Of a stretch of DNA of 64,000 nucleotides, positions 57,889-64,000 are shown piece after piece. Numbering within the stretch: the stretch's first letter is position 1; every line of letters begins with the position of its first letter. A program made the translations under genes and the position numbers. The notes beneath the pieces were generated by a model. It had not been told where the DNA came from, searched no databases, and saw nothing but the letters and a program-made list of their open reading frames with translations. The stretch spans positions 21,202 through 85,201 of the forward strand of contig JBGURP010000012.1 in NCBI GenBank assembly GCA_045132055.1. Reading direction: 5' to 3'. Source of the DNA: Bacteroidales bacterium (lineage in GTDB: Bacteria > Bacteroidota > Bacteroidia > Bacteroidales > WCHB1-69).

Positions 57889-59115
57889 TTATGTTAAAAA
57901 TATTCGTTTGTAAATTTTTTCACAGGCCCCGATATTCTCTGCCACATATTGCCGGCAGATGTCACAGGTTGCTTTGTAGGTTTCTGGTTCCTTCTCAAAA
58001 CGGCAAAGGATGTCGTACATTTCCTTCGATGAACGAATGGAAAAAGCCCCTTTGCGTTCCACAAGCATAACCGCCTCGTTGAAATGGCTGTACTTGGGGC
58101 CAAAGAACAAAGGGACTCCGAACACAGCCGCCTCCAGGATGTTGTGCAATCCGGTTTTGAAGGCTCCGCCAATGTATGAAATATCGCTGTACTTGTAAAT
58201 CTTGCTCAACATGCCGATTGTATCGACAATGAGCACATCGGCAGTTTCCAGCATCTCATCATTGGCTTCCGTAAACAGGACCGTTTTGAAATTGGAAAAG
58301 GTCTTTTGCACCTCCGCCTTGCGGACGATTTCATGCGGGGCCACTATCAACTTGTAGCCCTGCTGGCGGGTGAGCAGCTGCGCGAGCAGGCTCTCGTCCG
58401 GACCCCAAGTACTACCTGCCACAATGAGCTTACAATCCTGCTTGAACCGCTCCACAAAATCAAGCGTGTAAGACTGCGTGGCGATGGCATACACGCGGTC
58501 GAAGCGCGTGTCGCCACAAACCTCCACCTGCGGTATGTCAATGCTCCGAAGCAAATCCTCCGATTCCTTGTTCTGCACAAAGAAGAAGGACGCCTTTCTC
58601 AACTGCTCGGCAAACCATTTTCCTGCAGGTTTGAAGAAATACTGATTGGGACGGAAGATGGCACTGACGTAATAGAAGGGGATATTTCTTTCGCTGAGCT
58701 GGTTAATGTAGTTGTACCAGAACTCATACTTGACAAAGATGGCCATGCGCGGCTGCACAATGTGCAAAAACCGTTTCGCGTGGCGTTTCGTGTCAGAGGG
58801 CAAATAGAAAACATAGTCCGGCAACGTGTCATTCTTACGAATCTCGTATCCCGACGGGGAAAAGAACGTCACCAGCACCTTGATGTCGGGATGCTCCTGC
58901 TTGATCTTCTCTATCAGCGGGCGTGCTTGCTCATACTCCCCCAGCGATGCACTGTGCACCCACACGGGATGCTCGTCACCGCGGAGAATTTCAGCAAGCT
59001 TGTCAAACTGCCCTATCCTGCCCTTCACCCACAACCGCGCTTTCTTGTTGAAGATGGACGCGATGCAGATGCAGGACGTGTATAAAATGATGCCAATAGA
59101 TAAGAGGATCAGCAT
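57889..59115 (-). CDS. waaA: 3-deoxy-D-manno-octulosonic acid (Kdo) transferase
   Basis: WVHSASLGEYEQ, FFSPSG, KYEFW, GDTRFD, AGSTW, HNILEAA. Confidence 0.93.
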   Translation of the reverse strand: MLILLSIGIILYTSCICIASIFNKKARLWVKGRIGQFDKLAEILRGDEHPVWVHSASLGEYEQARPLIEKIKQEHPDIKVLVTFFSPSGYEIRKNDTLPDYVFYLPSDTKRHAKRFLHIVQPRMAIFVKYEFWYNYINQLSERNIPFYYVSAIFRPNQYFFKPAGKWFAEQLRKASFFFVQNKESEDLLRSIDIPQVEVCGDTRFDRVYAIATQSYTLDFVERFKQDCKLIVAGSTWGPDESLLAQLLTRQQGYKLIVAPHEIVRKAEVQKTFSNFKTVLFTEANDEMLETADVLIVDTIGMLSKIYKYSDISYIGGAFKTGLHNILEAAVFGVPLFFGPKYSHFNEAVMLVERKGAFSIRSSKEMYDILCRFEKEPETYKATCDICRQYVAENIGACEKIYKRIFLT

Positions 59116-59118
59116 GAT

Positions 59119-59913
59119 TTATCGATAGTAGAATGTGGTAACGGATTTCTTTTCGTACAACGGGATATTCCAGCCAATCTTAAGGCTGACAAGACCGCTG
59201 AACCTGCTCTTCGTGCCTGCGGTAGGACCCTCATAGAAGATGTAGTTGCGCATCGGCTTGGTCCAGCATTCGTAAAACTCAATACCTCCGTAGAAGTTGA
59301 GGATTCTGTTTTTCTGATTGAAAAGATAGCCTACAAACTGGGTCATGGCAAAGCCGCCGGAGAGATGGTCGTACCCTTTCAGGTAGTTGCCATCCAGCTG
59401 GGGAACCTGATGGTCATAGTCGTTGATACGGATTTTATGACCAAAATAGCCGGCCCCGAAGCGCAGCCAAATGCCGGAATTTTTCCATCGGTTGACGGGT
59501 ATGATTTTGCCCACACCCAAACCGAACATCCAATAACGGCCCTCGAAGTAGAGCGTGGCTTTCAGGCCATTACCATCCATCACAACACCATTTTCGTTGG
59601 CCAAGTCGCCCAAAAAAGCAAAATTAGTGTCGCGGATATTGGCACCGAACATGTAGCTGAATGCAGCATCCAGCGTCCAGTTGCTCTTAGACTTGTAGAG
59701 CACATTCGCGCCAACGGACAAGTTGGGTTTGAACCATTCTTTCAGATAGCCCAGCGGCAGATGCCCTGCCATGTTGACACCCACCCACACCATGGTGGCC
59801 GAGGTATCCACATAGTTTTTATCCTTGAAATCGGTGCGGATGTGCGACTGTGCCCGCAATGTCGCCGGCAACAGACACAAACCAATCAATAACAGTAGGA
59901 GGGTTCTTTTCAT
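59119..59913 (-). CDS. Hypothetical outer-membrane beta-barrel protein
   Basis: Signal peptide, amphipathic strands, HKIRI..Y.KGYD motif. Confidence 0.7.
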   Translation of the reverse strand: MKRTLLLLLIGLCLLPATLRAQSHIRTDFKDKNYVDTSATMVWVGVNMAGHLPLGYLKEWFKPNLSVGANVLYKSKSNWTLDAAFSYMFGANIRDTNFAFLGDLANENGVVMDGNGLKATLYFEGRYWMFGLGVGKIIPVNRWKNSGIWLRFGAGYFGHKIRINDYDHQVPQLDGNYLKGYDHLSGGFAMTQFVGYLFNQKNRILNFYGGIEFYECWTKPMRNYIFYEGPTAGTKSRFSGLVSLKIGWNIPLYEKKSVTTFYYR

Positions 59914-59914
59914 T

Positions 59915-59999
59915 GGAATTGAAAATTGAAAATTGAGAATTGAAAATTATAAAACAGGATTATCCATTCATAATTCTCAATTCTCAATTCTGAATTATT
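59915..59999. repeat. Inverted pair of 7-nt arrays (AAAATTG / AATTCTC)
   Basis: ggaattg aaaattg aaaattg agaattg aaaatta ... aattctc aattctc aattctg aattatt. Confidence 0.88.
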
Positions 60000-60001
60000 A
60001 A

Positions 60002-61201
60002 TTAGTTCGTTCTTCCCGGATAGACCTTCAGAGCCTCTTCGAGGCATTTCACGGCCTTCTTCAGGTCTTCCACCTTGAGGCAGTAGCTGATACGAACCTC
60101 GTTGGTGCCTTTACCTTTAGTGGAGTAGAAACCGGTAGCCGGAGCCATCATTGTGGTTTCGCCGTTGTAGTTGAACTCTTCCAACATCCACTGGCAGAAG
60201 CGATCAGAGTTGTCGATGGGGAGGCGGGCCACACAGTAGAACGCGCCTTTCGGCATAGGCACAAAGCAGCCAGGGATAGCGTTCACGCCGTTCACCACAG
60301 TGTTGCGGCGGGCCACATAGTCGGTGATAACCGCGTCGAAGTACTCCTTCGGAGTGTCAACGGCAGCTTCGCCAAGGATTTGGCCGTAGGTTGGCGGCGA
60401 CAGACGAGCCTGTGCGAACTTCATGGCCGTGTTATAAACGTCTTTGTTATGAGTGATGAGCGCACCCGTACGCACGCCACATGCACTGTAACGTTTGGAG
60501 ACGGAGTCCAACAGGACCACATTCTGCTCCAGACCTTCTAGCTGCATCACGGAGAAGTGTTTCACACCGTCGTAGCAGAACTCACGATACACCTCATCGG
60601 CGAACAGGAAGAGGTCGTGCTTTTTGGCAATCGCACCCAACTGGCGGATTTCCTCTTCGGTATAAAGATAACCCGTCGGGTTGTTGGGGTTGCACACCAT
60701 GATAGCCTTGGTCTTCGGAGTGATAAGCTTCTCAAATTCCTCGATGGAAGGAAGCGCAAAACCGTTATCAATAGTGGAAACGATGGGTTTCACCACCACG
60801 CCGCAGGTTACGGCAAAACCGTTGTAGTTGGCGTAGAACGGTTCGGGGATAATAATCTCGTCACCCGGATCCATACAGCTGTTGAATGCGAAAAGAAGAC
60901 CTTCACTGCCACCCGTGGTAATCAGAATCTCATCGGGAGTAATATCAATGCCCACGCTGTGGTAATATTCCACCAGTTTTTTACGGTAACTGAGGTTACC
61001 GGCGGAGTGAGTATAAGCGATAACGGGCACATCGGCGTTCTTCACAGCCTCACGGGCACCCTTGGGGGTCTCGATATCCGGCTGGCCGATGTTCAAGTGA
61101 TAAACGTGTACTCCGCGAGACTTGGCTGCATCGGAGAAAGGCACCAATTTACGAATCGGTGAAGAGGGCATTGTCTGTCCTTTTTTAGAAATTTGAGGCA
61201 T
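60002..61201 (-). CDS. PLP-dependent class I/II aminotransferase (aspartate aminotransferase-like)
   Basis: SPIRKL, LNIGQPD, NPNNPTG, DEVYREF, SVSKRY..CGVR.G; start at MPQISK (61201). Confidence 0.93.
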   Translation of the reverse strand: MPQISKKGQTMPSSPIRKLVPFSDAAKSRGVHVYHLNIGQPDIETPKGAREAVKNADVPVIAYTHSAGNLSYRKKLVEYYHSVGIDITPDEILITTGGSEGLLFAFNSCMDPGDEIIIPEPFYANYNGFAVTCGVVVKPIVSTIDNGFALPSIEEFEKLITPKTKAIMVCNPNNPTGYLYTEEEIRQLGAIAKKHDLFLFADEVYREFCYDGVKHFSVMQLEGLEQNVVLLDSVSKRYSACGVRTGALITHNKDVYNTAMKFAQARLSPPTYGQILGEAAVDTPKEYFDAVITDYVARRNTVVNGVNAIPGCFVPMPKGAFYCVARLPIDNSDRFCQWMLEEFNYNGETTMMAPATGFYSTKGKGTNEVRISYCLKVEDLKKAVKCLEEALKVYPGRTN

Positions 61202-61253
61202 AGTATTTAATGTGTTGAATGTTAATAAAATATTCTTTTTTCTAAAGAGTGGG

Positions 61254-61364
61254 CAAAGATACAAATTTTGTGTAAAGAAAGACCTCACACTTAAGAAACA
61301 AACAAATTATGAGATAAACGAAAAAAAGGGGTGTTATTGTGCATTACGATTTTTACTATTTTTG
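61254..61364. promoter_or_regulatory. Divergent -7 boxes (61254-61261 minus; 61357-61364 plus)
   Basis: TATCTTTG and TATTTTTG matches upstream of each divergent gene. Confidence 0.6.
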
Positions 61365-61388
61365 CACCAATATTTATTAGCGAAACGT

Positions 61389-62828
61389 ATGAAAAAATAT
61401 CTGCTCTTTTTGCTGTGTATCATCTTTTTAGGCGCATTTTCCGTGCATGCACAGGATACGGAATCTGGCAAGAAAACGAAAACGGAGAAAACTGCCAAAA
61501 CCAAGAAACCCAAGAAGGAGAAAAGCGCAATCCGTACGGGCTGGACCTTCGGCATACTGCCTTCGGTGGCCTACGATGCCGACAAGGGTTTCCAATACGG
61601 CTTGCTGGCCAATGTCTATGATTTCGGCGACGGCTCCATCTACCCCGAATACTTCCATTCTCTTTACTTTGAAGCCGCCTATACCACCAAACGTTCAGGC
61701 CTGTTCCGTTTCGCGTACGACTCCAAATACCTCATCCCCAACCACCGACTTAAAATCGATGTCTCTTACCTGCCCGACGCCCTGTGCGATTTCTACGGCT
61801 ACAATGGCTACCAGACTGTCTATAACGCAGGCTGGGCAAAGAAGAAATACACGGACACTTACATCTCCAGAGCATTCTACAAATCGCAGCGCGACTTGTT
61901 CCGCGTGGCTGCCGACATAGATGGCTCCATCGGAAGCAACTGGTACTGGAATGCGGGCATCGGACTGCTCGGCTATCAGATTGGCAGCGTCAATCTGGCA
62001 ATGATCAACAAGAACAAAAAACCGGAGAACATACTCCCCGAGGTGGATGGCTTGTACGAGAAATACACCAAATGGGGCATCATCGCGCCCAACGAAGCCA
62101 ACGGCGGCTGGCATCCCTACCTGCGCGGCGGTATTACCTTCGATAATCGCGACCGCCAACAGAACACCCACAAAGGCATGAATGCAGAGGTCTTCTGGAC
62201 CTACAACGCCGCCTTCGGTGCGGATAAAGAGTTCAATAATTTGATGTTCAATGCCTCTTTCCGCCATTTTGTGCCAGTCTATAAAGAACATATCACCTTC
62301 GCATACCGCTTGGCCACCCAGCTGACTGTGGCGGGCAACTCGCCATTCTACTTGAGCAACTATTACAACAACCTGTTCATCCAGCGTGTGTTGTACGAAG
62401 GACTGGGCGGCGGCAACACCCTCAGAGGTGTGCTCCGTAATCGTATTACAGCTCCTGGCTATGCCTTCGCCAACGTGGAGTTCCGCTTCCAAATCTGCAA
62501 GTTCGACATTGGCAAGGAGCACTTCTTCATCGGCCTCAACCCCTTTGTGGATGCCGGCATGATCCTCCAATCCTACCGCCTGAACGAACAAGAGATTCGT
62601 CAGAATATCGAAACGAATGATCCCGATTTTGACTTGTCAGAACTGGATAACTACATCGTGTTCGGCGACAAAGCCAATGTTTACCGCCCGCATTTTTCCG
62701 GCGGTCTTGGCCTGAAATTGATGATGAATGACAATTTTGTACTCTCCGTGGACTGGGCAGTACCTTTTGACAAACGCGACAACGACGGTATGGCCAACAT
62801 CTATGTGAAAATGGGCTATATGTTCTAA
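61389..62828 (+). CDS. Omp85/BamA-TamA-type barrel without POTRA domains
   Basis: Signal peptide, LP.VAYD.D.GFQYG, GGGNTLRG..RNR (L6 motif), E.R, FVDAG, terminal GYMF; start at 61389. Confidence 0.8.
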   Translation: MKKYLLFLLCIIFLGAFSVHAQDTESGKKTKTEKTAKTKKPKKEKSAIRTGWTFGILPSVAYDADKGFQYGLLANVYDFGDGSIYPEYFHSLYFEAAYTTKRSGLFRFAYDSKYLIPNHRLKIDVSYLPDALCDFYGYNGYQTVYNAGWAKKKYTDTYISRAFYKSQRDLFRVAADIDGSIGSNWYWNAGIGLLGYQIGSVNLAMINKNKKPENILPEVDGLYEKYTKWGIIAPNEANGGWHPYLRGGITFDNRDRQQNTHKGMNAEVFWTYNAAFGADKEFNNLMFNASFRHFVPVYKEHITFAYRLATQLTVAGNSPFYLSNYYNNLFIQRVLYEGLGGGNTLRGVLRNRITAPGYAFANVEFRFQICKFDIGKEHFFIGLNPFVDAGMILQSYRLNEQEIRQNIETNDPDFDLSELDNYIVFGDKANVYRPHFSGGLGLKLMMNDNFVLSVDWAVPFDKRDNDGMANIYVKMGYMF

Positions 62829-62839
62829 AAATTCCTTCC

Positions 62840-63850
62840 ATGCAGACCTACGAACACTACTCGGTAAAAGCGTACAACACATTCATGATGGATGTGTCCT
62901 GTGAACGTTTTGTCTGCGTGGAACACCCTGACGAGGTGCGACAATTGGCGGAGCAAGGCGTGTTCCAATCCGAGCACTTCATCCTTGGCGGAGGCAGCAA
63001 CGTGCTGTTCACGCAAGACTATCCCGGCACTATTGTGCATCCCGTGTTCAAGGGAATGGAAGTCATAGAAGAAACGGCTGATGATGTGCTATTGCGCGTG
63101 GCCGCGGGCGAGGAGTGGGAGCAGCTGCAACAATACTGTCTGCAACACCAACTCTACGGTATCGAAAACCTCATCGGCATTCCCGGGCTGGTGGGCAGTG
63201 CTCCGGTGCAAAACATCGGCGCCTACGGCGTGGAGGTCAAGGACACTATTGCAAGCGTGGAAGGCCTGCGCACCGACACCCTGCAACCCTTCGCACTTTC
63301 CAACGCACAGTGCCATTTCGGCTATCGCGACTCCATATTCAAACGCGAACTGAAACACAAGTGCTTCATCACCCACGTCATCTTCCGCCTGTCCAAACGC
63401 GAACACTACACCCTCACCTACAAAGCCCTGAGCCAGGAACTGAAACGCTGCAACCTGCAACCCTCCCTGCAAAACATCACCGACTGCATCCTGCGCGTGC
63501 GCAACAGCAAGCTGCCCGACATCTCCAAAATCGGATGCGCCGGCAGCTTCTTCCAAAACCCCATTATCCCACAAAACCAGTTCGAGCAACTATTACGCAC
63601 CACACCCGACTTGGTGTCATATCCGATGGAAAATGGTTTTGTGAAACTGGCTGCTGGACAACTCATTGAGAAAGCAGGCTGGAAAGGGCGCCGTATCGGC
63701 GACGCGGGTGTGTACGACAAGCAGGCCCTGGTGCTGGTAAACTACGGGAATGCTACGCCACAGGAAATAGTGTCAGTATGCCAGCAAGTCATTGATGACG
63801 TGAAAAAACACTTCGGGGTAACGCTTGCGCCGGAGGTGAACCTTTTGTGA
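62840..63850 (+). CDS. murB: UDP-N-acetylenolpyruvoylglucosamine reductase
   Basis: LGGGSNVLF, IPG.VG.APVQNIGAYG, FGYRDSIFK, AGSFF.NP, QALVLVN, PEVN. Confidence 0.97.
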   Translation: MQTYEHYSVKAYNTFMMDVSCERFVCVEHPDEVRQLAEQGVFQSEHFILGGGSNVLFTQDYPGTIVHPVFKGMEVIEETADDVLLRVAAGEEWEQLQQYCLQHQLYGIENLIGIPGLVGSAPVQNIGAYGVEVKDTIASVEGLRTDTLQPFALSNAQCHFGYRDSIFKRELKHKCFITHVIFRLSKREHYTLTYKALSQELKRCNLQPSLQNITDCILRVRNSKLPDISKIGCAGSFFQNPIIPQNQFEQLLRTTPDLVSYPMENGFVKLAAGQLIEKAGWKGRRIGDAGVYDKQALVLVNYGNATPQEIVSVCQQVIDDVKKHFGVTLAPEVNLL

Positions 63851-63872
63851 TTTTTGAAAATTATTTGAAAAG

Positions 63873-64000
63873 ATGGATAAAGTTACCATTCTTCCGTATG
63901 ACCGGATATACAAAAACTTCATCGATCCCAAGTATTTGCACGATGGACATGATGAGTATTTCTACCGTAACCAGCAGGTGAAGCAACCTGAAGGCGGCTG
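63873..64000 (+). CDS. Partial ORF, possibly DUF4954 family
   Basis: MDKVTILPYDRIYKNFIDPKYLHDGHDEYFYRNQQ...; open to the window edge; the FI.P.YL..G.DEY..RN.Q pattern is recalled from DUF4954 N-termini. Confidence 0.5.
   Translation, partial: MDKVTILPYDRIYKNFIDPKYLHDGHDEYFYRNQQVKQPEGG

Overview
Chromosomal window of a Bacteroidota (Bacteroidales-like) genome. Supporting this assignment are TAnnTTTG -7 promoter boxes, T9SS cargo proteins, an EF-G2-type fusA paralogue and TonB-dependent receptors. Most of it is a housekeeping mosaic: nadC, hutH, rlmD, nadD, radA, GH3/beta-lactamase fusion, tsaB, recG, fusA2, purN, guaA, lgt, lpxH, era, hutI, lemA, waaA, an aminotransferase and murB. Notable non-routine structure: (1) an ~8.2-kb island at the guaA 3' end, bounded by an 18/20-bp direct repeat, with no integrase and only two very large surface-protein genes; one has a T9SS-CTD-like domain at its N-terminus and a C-terminal FISUMP domain with a DGR-variable-region-like codon pattern; (2) a dispersed family of 7-nt and 9-nt register-conserving tandem arrays at gene junctions, sometimes as inverted pairs and sometimes translated into signal peptides or supplying start/stop codons; (3) several degenerate REP-like palindromes and a long nested hairpin; (4) a TPP riboswitch on a lone TonB-dependent receptor; (5) a non-SusC TonB-dependent receptor coupled to a large secreted protein that the ORF track missed at the left edge. 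No rRNA, tRNA, CRISPR array, reverse transcriptase, integrase or transposase was recognised. All calls come from reading the sequence by eye; no database searches were run.
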